Shown: positions 39,919 to 52,496 of the stretch, one piece after another
How the letters are laid out: each line of letters starts with the position of its first letter
Position numbering within the stretch: position 1 is the stretch's first letter
Assembly (NCBI RefSeq): GCF_000372725.1
Contig: NW_005201192.1
Span: forward strand, 372,001 to 436,000
DNA length: 64,000 bases
Direction of reading: 5' to 3'
Origin: Emiliania huxleyi CCMP1516
Taxonomy: Eukaryota
Notes under the pieces: generated by a model
Seen by the model: only the letters and a program-made list of their open reading frames with translations
The model's database searches: none
What the model was told of the DNA's origin: nothing
Made by a program: the position numbers and the translations under genes

Positions 39919-41294
39919 TCTGCTCACAGGGGTGGTTGACGGGTTGAGGGTTGAGGCCCCCCCTCAACCATCTGGTTGACGGTTGAGACCCCCCGTCAAC
40001 CCTTTAGTTGGGGGTTGAGGCCTCCGGGGCGTATTCACAGGCTCGCGCGTGATCACAAGATTGGAACAGCCCTGCCGCCAAAAAAATCGCTTCGCCTGCG
40101 GCGCGCTCTTGCGGTCCTCGTACCTTGAGCGCAATCCATAAGTAGGAGACGCTCACTGTCGCCATTCAGGCGCCTGATCCTTCAGCAAAGCGATGGCCTA
40201 CCAGGTACGAGTTCAGATGCGCGCCCGGCAGAAGACGCTTGTGCTGCCGCATGCAGTGGAATGCGCACAGAGAACGGACGGCAAGAGAAGGCAAGGGAAG
40301 GAAGATAAACGGCTGGTGAAGCTCAGCTCACGGCGTAGTATTGCGGTCACTAACCATTCACGGCAAGAGTCACGGTGAATGCTGCCGCATAAAAGCAACA
40401 GAGTCGCGGTTGGCGCGATGGTCTTGTCGCGGTTATATAACGACTTGACGTTGCACACGGCCATAGACGCAGTATCTGTTTGGCGAGCCTCAAGCAGCGA
40501 AAGCAGGCGCGAGAAATTAATGTCAATCCTGAGATCTCAATTTTGGCGCTAGTTTCGTTTTCTGCATTCTGGTACATCATGACGACTTGGGTCTCATGTA
40601 GCTCTCGACGGCTCTTCGACGGCTCTTTCTGGTTGGATCAGACAGTGCTATCAGTCAACAACACAATGCCGAGAGCAGGGCGGCCTTCGAGCAGGGCGGC
40701 CTTCGAGGCAACTAAGTTCCTGCTGCATTTTTCATCGTACAACTTGATGGCGGGCGGACGTGTCGAGCATGGAAGGCGGCCATTGCTCAAACCTGTTCGA
40801 GTTGGCCTCCGGGAACAAGGGTGCGTGGCCGGCGCGGTCTGTTTCACGTGCAATAAGGGCAACGCCATCAAAATCGCGAACATGGGCCGACATGCCTCCG
40901 ACATTTCTCAGGGCTCGGACGGAAGCTCTGCAGACAGCCAGACCGCTCTGCGCGGTCGGACCGACTTTTTCAGACTTTGCTATCCTGGATACTTGAGGGT
41001 ATGTGCTGCTAGATCTCACTGAGCTGAGCTCGTATCTGGCTTTGGTAAGCAGTTTTGAGTTCGGTAATGTCTCCGGAGACGGAGGGCCGCGTCCGCGGAC
41101 GACCATGACGTCGGCCGCAGGTCGGCCGGGACAGAGAATGTGTGTTCAGACCTTTGCGCGGGGGGTGTGAACAGCCATTCCGCGTGGTTGAGGGGTTGAA
41201 GGGGTCTGTCAACCACTTGGTTGAGGGTTGAGGCCTCTGTCAACCACGTGGTTGACAGTTGAGGCAATCGGCCTCAACCACCGCTCTGAGTAGA
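39919..41294. mobile_element. TIR element, ~21-bp imperfect TIR, 6-bp TSD ATAAGA, GGTTGA/TCAACC subterminal repeats
   Basis: TCTGCTCACAGGGGTGGTTGA vs reverse complement TCTACTCAGAGCGGTGGTTGA; TSD at 39913-39918 and 41295-41300. Confidence 0.8.
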
Positions 41295-42399
41295 ATAAGA
41301 GGGCGCGAGGAGAAGAGAATTTTACAACAAAACTCCCTCGCACAACACTGGGCACGGGACTGGCGAAGAGAATTTTACAAGGGGAGAAGAGAATAGGAGA
41401 AGAGAAAAATGCATGCAGAAGATCTCGACGGTGGCGGGGCCACGGCCGAGGAAGCATAAGAGGGGAAGGGCGGGCCCCGCAACCGTCGCATGACCATCGG
41501 AAAGCGAACAGGAGGGAGGATCGAGGGGAGGGAGGAGCCCCTTCGGAATGGGGGTAGGGAGGCCGCGCGGTGGCCGGTGCGGGGGGTTCCAACAATCCAA
41601 GCGGCGATGTCGGGTGGGAGTGGGCGTCGTCTTCGCGTCTTGTCTATTCGCTTCGAGTAGAGGGGGCGTTCCGCCGCTAGGGCCGGGGAGCTTCCTTTTC
41701 GTTTCTCTTTAACTGGCCAGCTACGCTGCGAGATCAGAATTGGCGAGAGACTGCGACCTGACTGCGACGAGAGATAGGGCGGAGAGGCAGACGACGGCCG
41801 CGAGCAAAAACCCGCTCACTCACCCAGTGCGTTCACATGCGCGTTCACGCCTCTCTCACACGATAAAACTACGTTAATGGATTAACGCGAGCGTGGTCGC
41901 GGAGGGCGAGGGTCGGAGGGCGACGGCACGGGGGTGGCATATGTCTCGTCGTAGCATATATGATTATCATATGAGTCGTCGTCCTCCTTTCCGGTTATTA
42001 TTCGCTAGCTTAGCGCCGCACGACCCGGCGACACACGCTCCTCCCGCGCGGGTATCCACGGTCCGGGCCCCCCGCATATGGCCACCGACTGGGAGGCTCC
42101 GCGCCTGGACTCCGGCGCGGGCGTGGCAGGCGCGGGGGAGGGGGGTGTCACATGTTACATAATGTAGGACCCGCTTCGCTACGCGCATGTACACAAGAGA
42201 GCTGCTCTCCGGCTGCACCGCATCTAGTACCACTTTCACTCAAGGTCTCAAGCGAACCTCTCGCGCCATCTAGCTTAGCGGCCGGGGTGCGGAGCTGCGG
42301 ACAGCGCACACGAACGCGCCGCACGCTCTCATCATCCATTCATCCCGCCACCAAATGACGACTCGCTATCCACCGGTTCGCGGAGGTCCGCACCGATTG

Positions 42400-44808
42400 T
42401 CATAGCGAGGCGAGCAGACACTCCATCACAGCGTTGACACCGCCCGCGTTGATCACGTATTCGAACCCTTGACGTTCAAGCACAGCCTTTGCGAAAGCTG
42501 CGCGGCGGCCGGAATCGCAAAAGACGACCACGGGCAGCTTTGGCCGCGGAAGCAGCGCGGTAGCGCGCGCCTCGAGGTCGGCCGCGTCATCAAGCGAAAC
42601 TTCGCACCTGTTCATGCCGTCATCCGTAAGGAAGCTGTTCGTTGCTTCCAAAGAGGGATGCCACGACCCGCACCAAATCGAGGGGAGGGGGAGCGTCAGG
42701 GCGGCGCGCTCCCCGGCAGAGCGCACCTACAGGGCAATGTGATGAGGCGTGACAAGCGCCTGAGCACGCCAGAGCGCATCTCCAGCGGAGCTCACATCGA
42801 GCAGGCTAGCGCCGTAGGCCATCAGAGCCTTTGACAGCTCCGCTCTCGTCACTGGCAGAGAGAGGACCGGCGCTACCGCGGGTGCAAGCTCAGCACAGGG
42901 CGTCGCCGCCGCCTCAATCGCCTCCTTCGCCTCGGCTGCAGACGTGTCGGAGCAAGAGAGGAGTGAACAGCTGCCGGAGGATTCTCGCTCCGCTCCGGGC
43001 GCCACTGCCGCCGCTTCATCCACCACCTTCGCTGCACCGGCCGAGCTTCTGGGGTCAGTGATGGAGCTGTGCGCGGTGACGCGCGCTGACCCACTCTCGG
43101 CCCTGGCGACCGCCCGAGCCAAACGCGGGGAGGCGATGCTTCCAGGGGCTGCAACCGACTCGCTGCGCTCTGGCGCGCCCGCCCCCCCCGCCATCACCTC
43201 GCCCTCTGTGCCACCGCCCTTTGCCTTTCCTGACTCGCCCGCCTTCGCCGCCTGGACCCCCGCGAGGGAGGCCGCCTGCCGCTCGGTGGCATCCAGATGC
43301 AGGCCGACGTTTGCCTGCTCCGCCGCCCCTCCCCCTTCAGTCAGCTGCGAGGAGGGGTTGCTGGTCCACCCGCCGCCGCTCCTAGCCTCCACTGCCCCGA
43401 TGCTGTCTCTCCGGCGGAGAGGGCTCTCCTCTCCCTCAGAAGAGAGAGATGAGAGCGTCGAGAGCGATGAGAGCGACGAGGCGTGCGAAGCCACTCGTGG
43501 CACAGACGCCAGCGGCTCCAACGCCGCCAGCTCATCTGCAGCTTCTCCCTCCGCCTCTACCACCGCCACCGCCACATCAGCCGCTCCATCGCCTGACGAT
43601 CTAGCCGCAACTGTTGCCACCACCGCAGTTGCTGCCGCTCTCTCTGCCTCCCCCTCCGCCTCGGCCGACTCGGCCGCCTCCGCCTCGGCCGCCTCTGCTG
43701 CCGCCTCCGCATCTTCCATCTCCGCCGCATCTGCCACCGCCACGGCCTCCGCCAATGTGCCATCAGCTACCATGCCCTCTCGAGCTGCGGTGGACGCCAC
43801 CGCGTCATCGTCAGGTGCCTTGACGACTTCGGGTGGTGCCTCTTTCGGTACATCATCTGCCTCGCATTCGGTTTCGCCGCATGGCGGGGTCGAGGCGACG
43901 TGCGGGGCATCGGTCTCGCTTGTGTCCGCCGCCGCGCGTTCCCTGACGTCCGTCGCCGGCAGCAGCCTCGCTCTACTTTGCGCGGCAAAGCTCCTCAGCA
44001 TGGAGGAGCGATCCTCGAGGACCCTCCGCTTGGCGTCCTCAATCTCGGCCTGCCGCGCGGGGTCCCCATCGTACACCTGGAGAAGGGGTTGGGCGGAGCA
44101 GTCAGACCATGAGACAGGGAGGGTTGCCGAGCTACAAGAGCAGTGGCGGGCTAGCCCCACGAGGGGCTGTGTCTTGCAGCGGCCTCTTGCCACACACCTC
44201 CGCCAGCGTCTCGGCTGCCTCCGTGACCTCGTCGTATGTCGCATCATCCGAGAGGCCCAAAGTCCTGTAGGCCAATACGGCCGATTGCTCTCCGCCTGAT
44301 CCTTGGCCCGGCCTGCCAAAGGCACCCGCGCCTCCGCCTCCACCAGCCTGCTCGAGGGCCTCCATGGCAGCCAGGTCCGCCTGCCGGGGAGGAGCGGACG
44401 CTGTCAGACTTGATCGGCGCGTGGCACTCCGCAGCCCTATGCTGGGCATGTGCGACATATGCTCTTTGGCGGTGGACAAGGACCAGGAGGGGGAGGTGGA
44501 CGCGCCTCGGCGGCAAGCTCCGCCTCGTCGAGGAGGAGGGAGTCGTAACTGCTGCTCTCCTCATCCAGCGCGCGCGGCGTGTCCGGCCCCGCCGCCACGG
44601 CCCCCTTGCCGTCTGGCACCCTTGGCGCTCGCGGCTGGCGCGCGCGGGCAAGCGCAGCCTCATTCTTTGTTTGGTGGTCTACTTCCTCACCCGGATGGGT
44701 TCCCACACCGCCCGGACGGGGCCTGAACTTGGCCAGCAGCCCCAGCTTGAACAACCCCCTTCGTCGCGCCGTGGGCCGCTCGTTTTGCTGCCCGGCCTCT
44801 TTTGCCAT
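42400..44808 (-). CDS. CPP1-like J-related domain + acidic linker + C-terminal rhodanese domain protein, multi-exon
   Basis: AYRTLGLSDDATYDEVTEAAETLAE|VYDGDPARQAEIEDAKRRVLEDR; C-terminal SLLDV|RS...PVVVFCDSGRRAAFAKAVLERQGFEYVINAGG. Confidence 0.65.
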
Positions 44809-44882
44809 TTTGGGACGCTCACGGTCTCACCGTCGCAAGGATTCAGTTTGGTGTTTGGGGCGGCCAAGGCTGAGTGATCTTC

Positions 44883-45065
44883 TTGAGCACTTGAGCACTT
44901 GATAGGGTCGATTCGTGATCTTCTTGTGATCTGTGATCTGTAAGGGTCCGCCCGCAGGCGCATTTTGTATACCGAGGCGGTGCCCGGTGCCGAACCTGTC
45001 GGACCTTAAGACAGCATTGATTGTAGATCCCTGCCTGGGCGAGGGTGATGGAGAGGGAGGGCGGT
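44883..45065 (-). mobile_element. Chimeric retroposed 3' ends: (ACAGATC)n family followed by (AAGTGCTC)n tail
   Basis: Matches 52540-52668 and the tail of 26310-26420. Confidence 0.7.
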
Positions 45066-45429
45066 CTGTCGGCGCGCTAAATAAATAAACCGTACGTAAC
45101 CCGCCGGGGCGGGCCGGATCCACGCGCTGTCGGACCGCCCCAAGGCCAGAGTGTCTTGTCTTGTGGTTCTGTGTGTCGCTCCTGTATGACCGTCGTCACC
45201 GCCCGTCTTGCGAGCCTCAACCCATATCGCTTGGCCTGTTTGTTACCCATGCATGTTTCCGGGGAAACCAAAAAGGCAACGAGGGGGTGGTCCCCAGCAC
45301 TTTTGGTTTCCGGAACTTCCAGGGAAACCAGAGGGTGTTTGGTGCTCCATTCTGGCAACTCTCGAGTTTCCCTGAGTCTGAGAGCTGGTCTGGGGCAAAA
45401 TCTGAGGCGAAACCGAGGAAGCAGGCAAA

Positions 45430-45545
45430 ATACTTGAGCACTTGAGCACTGGATAGGGTCGGTTCCGCATGGTACGGGACCCCTCGATCGTCTCGCCCAC
45501 CCTCACTGGTGTGTTCATTGGGGGGGGTCATAACAAACACGGTAG
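45430..45545 (-). mobile_element. Retroposed 3' end with (AAGTGCTC)n tail
   Basis: Reverse complement of 26310-26420. Confidence 0.7.
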
Positions 45546-45864
45546 GGCAAGTGGGGGCGAGGCGCACTCCCATCTCTCCTGTGTACGGGTGGGTTCTGTC
45601 CCTATAGTCTCGGAGGGGGGCTTGAAGCTAAGAATATTTTATTCTGGGGCCCTACAGTCATAAGCCTACGGCGTCTGGGTGGGGATGGCCGCCGCCGTCT
45701 GTGCCGCCGCCTGCGCCTGCGCCTGCGCCGCCATATGCGCTCCCCAGGCGGCCGCCGCCGCCGGCGTGATCACGCCGTGTAGGAGGAGAGGCTGAGAGTA
45801 TGTGTAGTAGAGTCCTGCTGGTCTCCTCTTGATAGTGTCATAAGTGTGGCTGGTGTGTGTCAGA

Positions 45865-46170
45865 GCCTGACTGCTGACAGCACCCCGACAGCACCACCTG
45901 ACAGCACCTGACAGCAACAGCCCAACGTCTGACAGCAGCAGCAGCCTGACAGCTCTGACAGCTCCGACAGCGTCTGACAGCAACACCCGACAGCTCCGAC
46001 AGCGCCCGACAGCTACAGATCACCTCTGATGTAGTCAGACAAGCACCCGACAGCACCCGACAGCCACTGACAGCACCTGACAGCTGGTCTGACAGAGGCA
46101 CCTGACAGTGCCTGACAGCTGCCCGACAGACCGACAGATCACCTGACGCAGCACCTGACAGCCTGACAGC
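45865..46170. repeat. Degenerate (C(T/C)GACAG)-motif array
   Basis: More than 20 CTGACAG/CCGACAG motifs at irregular spacing. Confidence 0.8.
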
Positions 46171-46391
46171 CAGGGCTCAGACTGCGCCACTGGCTGGCCC
46201 GCACTCCAGACCGCTCCAGCGACGCGCATGCCCGGGCGCAGCTCGAGGCAGCGTCCCGCAGTCCGTCACACCTCAGGCAGCTCACACTTTTGGTGTCAGA
46301 CCAGTGAGATCACACCGTCTCTGTGTGTTTTCCCACGCACCGCGCACCGGTGTCTTCATACTTCACACAGTCAACACGAACTCGGAATGTG

Positions 46392-47971
46392 CTATATCAG
46401 CGTTGACATTGTCTGCCGTCGGAAAGATGCGCGGACAGGGAGCTGCGTGTCATCGCCCCGGCTGCAAACACTGCCTCCCCTGAGGCTCGTCGCCAAATGC
46501 GCCGCGTCGTTGAATCGCAGCAGGCGCCAGCCGCCCAGGTCGCCCGTGTCGGGCACCTGTATGGCCCCACACCGTGCAAGCGTGAAAGAGGAGGGCGGCC
46601 CCAACTCTACGGCGGGCGAGGCTGGCGAGGGCAGTCGCGCATAGAGGAGCTCGGTGATGGAGGTGTTGTCGGTGGAGCTCCGGACGGTGAACCTGTCGCC
46701 TACTGCCGGTCAGACGCGTGGAGAGGCGCGCGCACCTCGTCGCTGCTCGTCTGTGCGTACGTCTCGCCCGCGCCGATCGCGCCGCGCACGAAGCTGCGGA
46801 TGGCGACGCCGTGCGAGAAGAGGAGGACAAGCCGCTCCCCTTCCTCCTCCCCCTCCCCGCCCGCCCCTCCCCCGCCCCCTCCCTCCCCCGAGAGGAGCTC
46901 TGCCTCGATGAAAGAGCGCCTGCGAAACCGACACGGACACGACAGGGACAGAGGTGGAGAGTGCGGAGAGGCGCGGCTGACAGGAGGCGCATGGCGGGAG
47001 CTGTGAAGAGCAGGTGTGAACAGGAGGCGCATGGCGGGAGCTGTGAACAGCAGGTGTGAACAGGAGGCGCATGGCGGGAGCTGTGAACAGCAGGTGTGAA
47101 CAGGAGGCGCATGACGGGAGCTCGCATCCTGACGACGAGGTGTGACACGCAGCTGGGTGGGTGTCACTCGGTCGGCGTATCTCGGCGTATCTGGCGCGCG
47201 CATCCTCCGCTCCACGTCCCACTGCGACTCGCCGAGGTCGCCGTCGGGAGAGCGGCCGGGTGGGCGGTAAAAGAGCGAGTGCGCCTGCGCGCACGGAGGT
47301 GTGAGAAGAGGCGGAGCAGCGGTGGCGGAGCAGAGGCGGCGGAGGGCGCCGCGATGCCGCGCAGCACCGGCCCGCCGGCGGCGTACACCTCTGCGCGCCA
47401 CCGCCGCTCGAGCGAGCCTAAACCACCCGGCGACGCGTGAGCGCGAGGGTGTGAAGAGCCGAGGCGTGACGCCGCCGCAGCTCGTGGGACCCTGAGAGAA
47501 CTCGACCAGCCGCGGCTCGATGCGGACTCGCTGACGGATGGCCGCCGCGGCACACGCGATGTCCGCCGTCTTGCGCGCGCGGACGGCGTGCGACGCGTAG
47601 ACGGCGTCGACTCGCAGTCCGTCGCGCAGCAGCCTCTCTCCCAGCAGCCGCGCCTGCTCCTCGCCTGTTGCTGACAGCGGCGTCGCCACATCACGCCCTC
47701 CGACGATTTGTCCTGCCTGCAGGTTGGCCTCGCTCTCTCCGTGACGTATGAGCAGCACACGAACCCTCCGCCGCGAACCGCGCGCCCTCTGGTCCGCCCG
47801 CCGCTGCAGAGCGTCCCACGCAGCCAGTCGCCGTTGCGGAGACACCAACCGGCCGCTCGCGAGGAGGGCTCGGGTCAGCCACCAGGGCGGACTCGCGAGG
47901 AGCGCCGAGGCCAACGGTATGGCGGCGGCCAGCGCGAGCCGGGCGAGGCGGGCTGACAGCGGATTTGGCAT
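46392..47971 (-). CDS. Histidine phosphatase (phosphoglycerate mutase-like) family protein, multi-exon
   Basis: LLIRHGESEAN, PLSATGEEQA, VYASHAVRARKTA, LVEFSQG, GESQWDVERRM, LFSHGVAIRSF, NTSITEL, WRLLRFNDAAHL. Confidence 0.92.
46980..47121. repeat. ~40-bp intronic tandem repeat, ~3.5 copies
   Basis: Unit CAGGAGGCGCATGGCGGGAGCTGTGAACAGCAGGTGTGAA. Confidence 0.9.
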
Positions 47972-48389
47972 TACTGGCTCAAGCACCAGACGGGACGGCG
48001 CGGCGAGTTCACGCGGACGAGTTCGACGAGTGCACGCGAAGGCGCACAAGGCACAAGCACAAGACTGCCCGAATGCCGGACGGCGCACCGCGCAACCTCT
48101 CGGTGCCGACGCACGTGCCATGGACGAGCGCCGTGCTGAGCGCCGCGGTGGACCTGGCCGTCAAATGGGAGACCGGACTCGACGACGGATGGCTAGTGGG
48201 GGTCTGCGTGCGCGGAGACGGTTAATAAATACACTAGAAGACACAGCGCTGGCCTTTTGGAGGGGCTCCCTTCCGCCGGACCGTTTCCCTCTTTCCCCAC
48301 TCCTTCCGCGACTCTCTGTTTTCTTTTCCTTCTCCGGGCAGCTCCGGGCGCACGCCCCTACCATAGACACCCCACCCATCTGTACGATT

Positions 48390-49123
48390 CAATACCGCCG
48401 GGTCTCTATTTTGAGATGCGGTAAACAGCAATAGATCCGGCCCTCAAGCGGCCTAATCGATACCCGGCCCTCACGGAATCGGTCCCTCGTTGTACAGCAA
48501 TCGATCCTTCCGCTGCCCAGCGCCCTGCCAAACTTGCCGAGAATCGGCCCTCCCAGGTCACCTGTGGCGCGAAGCTGATATATGTCTCCCGCCCTCGGCG
48601 CGCCGCTCGCGCAGCGGCGGCAGACCACCCTCCGGTTCGAGGGGCGCCTGGGGGTGAGCGGGCTGGCTGCCTCCGCCAGAGTTTGGCTCGCCCACCGGCG
48701 TGGCAACGGGTCTGTGCCCCCCCCCCGGGCCCGCCCGGGTGCCAGCAATTGGTCCCTTGGCAAGCGCGAATCGGCCCCCTGGGCTCCAGGAACTGATCCG
48801 GCACCTGAGGGAGGGTGTAGAGGATGTAGAGTGTAGAGCGCTGTAGAGCTGTAGAGATGTAGAGCGCTCTGGAGCGCTGTAGAGCCTCTACAACATCAAC
48901 AAACTCTACAGCAAAATCGCGCTCTGCATCGCTCTACAACGGAGGCAGTTCGTCACGCAGCCGATGTAGAGCTCTACAGCTCTACAGCGCTCCAGAGCGC
49001 TCTACATCTCTACAGCTCTACAGCGCTCTACACTCTACATCCTCTACACCCTCCCTCAGTCCGGCACTACACCCGGATCTATTGCTGTTTACCACATCTT
49101 AAAATAGAGACCCGACGGTACTG
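48390..49123. mobile_element. MITE with ~51-bp TIR (CA(A/G)TACCG(C/T)CGGGTCTCTATTTT...AATAGATCCGG), hosting a nested MITE
   Basis: Inverted repeats at 48390-48440 and 49073-49123 with 4 mismatches; no clean TSD. Confidence 0.8.
48805..49059. mobile_element. 255-bp MITE with CTGAGGGAGGGTGTAGAG TIR and 8-bp TSD TCCGGCAC (hAT-like TSD length)
   Basis: TSD at 48797-48804 and 49060-49067; TIR built from TGTAGAG repeats. Confidence 0.92.
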
Positions 49124-49332
49124 TGTCAGTTTTTTCACGAAAAATTCTTTTCCCGTCCGGTCAAGAGGACGCCTCATTCAGGCACGCCATCCTGCCGCTC
49201 GTGCTGCACCGCTCTCCGGCTCAATTCGCCGCTGCGCAGCGGCCCACAAGCAACAAACAACACAACAACTCTCTCTCTCCTCCCCCCACAAGCACCCGGC
49301 ACTCGATCGATGGACGCAAGGTTAGCTCCATG

Positions 49333-50239
49333 CTGAGGGAGGGTGTAGAGGATGTAGAGTGTAGAGCGCTGTAGAGCTGTAGAGATGTAGAGCGCTCTGG
49401 AGCGCTGTAGAGCTGTAGAGCTCTACATCGGCTGCGTGACGAACTGCCTCCGTTGTAGAGCGATGTAGAGCGCGATTTTGTTGTAGAGTTTGTTGTACCT
49501 CGAGGTAGAGGCTCTACTTACAGCCAAACCGCCGGGAAGGCAGTGACTCAAAGAGGTCGAGTCGCACTAATGGGGTGTCTCCGAGCTTACTGGAGCTCTG
49601 ATGGACGGCCCTGACTATCCCTGACACACAGAGAGTCACTCTGACGGCACACAACACCCTATAACTGCGTCATGACCAGCCTGCCATGCGTCGCCGGTGC
49701 CGCATTCGTCGCTGTGCTTCTTTAGCAGGCGGTGGACTGTCGGCTGCGAGGACGGTCGCATTTGCGCGAGGCGAGGCGAGCATTTAGACGCGTTGCATGC
49801 GCCATGACTCGCGCCAGCGCGTGCGGGAGCTCCTGGCTGAGCGTTGAGTCCAAGCGAGTTGCGCTGGCCACGATCGCTACGCCGAGCCGAGCTGACGCGC
49901 CGAGGCGCCGGCCAGTCGCAGCCGCGAGGCATGCCACAGCAGCAGAGGCACCTGCCACCCATTGGGCGGGCAGACAGAAGGCCAGGGCAGCACTGGCAAG
50001 TGCAACGCGCCTCATGTCGGAGAGCGACCGTGCCTCGTTCGCCGCTTATGATGTAGAGTTTGTTGTAGAGATTTCACGTTGTAGAGCGCCTCTACATCGC
50101 TCTACAACGGAGGCAGTTCGTCACGCGGTGGATGTAGAGCTCTACAGCTCTACATTGCTCTACAGCGCTCCAGAGCGCTCTACATCTCTACAGCTCTACA
50201 GCGCTCTACACTCTACATCCTCTACACCCTCCCTCTCAG
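49333..50239. mobile_element. 907-bp member of the same family with internal cargo, 8-bp TSD GCTCCATG
   Basis: TSD at 49325-49332 and 50240-50247; same TIR. Confidence 0.9.
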
Positions 50240-50649
50240 GCTCCATGCGCATCACAAATCTTACGAAGGTATCCCGGGCGCACAAGACAAACGTATACCC
50301 GGGGGGGGGGGGGGAGGGGGGGGGGGGGTTGTGAGAAGGAAAAAATCCAAGACGCAAGAGAGTAGTAGGAAGGAAGGCGGAGAATCCTAAAAGCCGCAAA
50401 TCCCAAAAAGAATTCTACATTCACAAGCCCCTCTCACAGCAGACTGGCACGAACTAGCACCACAAAAGACACAGCAGACAACGGCCCCTTATGGGCCGTC
50501 GAAGAGGCCGTCATTCTCCTCCGGCCGCCAAAAGAAAAAACGTCCGATTCACCCTCCAAGTCGACTCCAGCCAACCCTCATAAGCTCCATAGCCAGTTGG
50601 TCGAGCAAGGCGGCTGGCAAGGCGCTGGCGGCCGGAGGCTCAAGAGCAC

Positions 50650-52169
50650 ATGCTCTTGACATCCTTCACACCGCTCCTACTGGCCTTCACGCTCCCGCCA
50701 CTTCGGCTGCGCCCACACCTCGCATCGTCACGGCTAGCGCGCCTCACCATGGCGGACGAGCGCGGCGTCGCGACCGATTCGACAAAGCGCAGCGGCTTCC
50801 GCTTCTCCAGCGGCGGCGCCAGCAGCGACGGCCTCGGTGACAGCAAGCCCAGCAGCCCGTACCTGCCCATCTCGGAGGGCTACCTCGACGGCGACAAGCC
50901 CGACGCAGCCTGGGCCCTCGCCGCCACCAACTTCGTCAAGCAGGGTCGCACCATCCTCTCACAGATCGGAGAGACGGTCGGGCTGCTGCCGGGAGACCCG
51001 CTCCGTCCCCCGGCGTGTCTCGGGTGCGCCGCCGCCTCGTCTCACGCACGGCCTTGCCGCCTCGTCTCACGCACCGCCTTGCCGCCCGCCTCGTCTCCCC
51101 TGGAAGCAGAGAGCGCCTCGTCGACGCTCGCCCCCGGCTCGCCTCCGGCTCTCCGCAGGCTGAGCCTCTCGAACGAGGCGGTCAAGGAGGCGGAGCGGCG
51201 GCGCGAGGCGGCGGGAGGGAGCGTCGACGCGCACCCCGTGTCGCGCACGCTCTACGACGTGGGCTGCCTGCTGCTGGACAACCTCTTCGACCAGCGCCCC
51301 ATCCAGCGCTTTTGGTTCCTCGAGATCATCGCCCGCATCCCGTACTTTTCCTACGTGTCGATGCTGCACCTGTACGAGTCGTTTGGCTGGTGGCGCGGGC
51401 CCGAACTGCGCAAGGTGCACAACGCGGAGGAGTGGAACGAGCTGCACCACCTCCTCATCATGGAGGCGCTCGGCGGCAACGCGCAGTGGTCGGATCGCTT
51501 CCTCGGGTACCACGTCGCCTTCGCCTACTACTGGTTCCTTATCGGCGTCTACCTCTGCTCGCCGCGCATCGCCTACCAGTTCATGGAGCTGCTCGAGGCC
51601 CACGCGGTGGACACATACTCCACCTTCGTCAAGGAGAACCGCGAGCGGCTGTCGCAGCTGCCGCCGCCCGCCGTGGCGCGGTCCTACTACACCGAGGGCG
51701 ACCTGTACTACTTCGACGACTTCCAGGTCGACCGCAAGCCGGGCAGCAGGAGGCCGGCTTGCGACTCGCTGCTGGACGTCTTCGAGAACATCGCCATCGA
51801 CGAGGGCGAGCACGTCAAGACGATGCGGGCGTGCCAGGACTACGCCGTGCTGGGAAAGGTCGTCGTGAGTCCGCACGCCGTGAACTCAGACACCTCGTCC
51901 GCCACGTCGGACGAGGAGCGGAGGGCGCTGTGGAAGCAGTGGGCCGAGGAGGCGGCCGAGATGCAGCCGAGATGACAGCCGAGATGGGAGCCGAGATGGC
52001 GGCCGAGATAGGCGCCGAGATGGGAGCCGAGATGGGAGCCGAGATGCGCGCTGTAGCAAGATTGCCCAGGAGCTCCCACCTCCCCCCGCAGGTGAACCAG
52101 CTCGGCGGGGCGGCGGGGCCGCGGGTGAGCTTTGGCGCTGAGTCGTCCGAGGAGTGGCCGTTGAAGTGA
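50650..52169 (+). CDS. PTOX: Plastid terminal oxidase (alternative oxidase family)
   Basis: RFWFLEIIARIPYFSYVSMLHLYESFGWW, EEWNELHHLLIME, AYQFMELLEAHAVDTY, DVFENIAIDEGEHVKTM (di-iron E/H ligands intact); N-terminal signal peptide. Introns lie near 51025-51158 and before 52092. Confidence 0.95.
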
Positions 52170-52496
52170 AGAATCGAATTTGCTGGGCTCGGCCTGGGCA
52201 GGCCCGCGCCTTATAGCTGTTGAGGAGTACTGCGTTGCGCATGCGCGCGAGGGTCAATTTGATAGTGTTTAGTCGCTCTCCCGTCGCACTTTGTCGCCCT
52301 GCGAGCTGCGTCTCGGATGTCGGAATTATTTTGACTTTTTGCTCATGAGAGCTCACAGAGTCACGGGGCTCACGCTCACAGCTCATCAGATCACACGGTA
52401 GGAAGGTCCCTCCGGGTATGATCGTTAAGAACCAATACGGGATGGGGCACCTGGGCGCCGCCGCCCGCGCGGACGTACGTACATGGGCCGGAACCC

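Noticed and set aside
40100..41100. Transposase inside the 39919-41294 element
   Set aside because: Only short interrupted ORFs; no DDE or hAT dimerisation motif could be identified.
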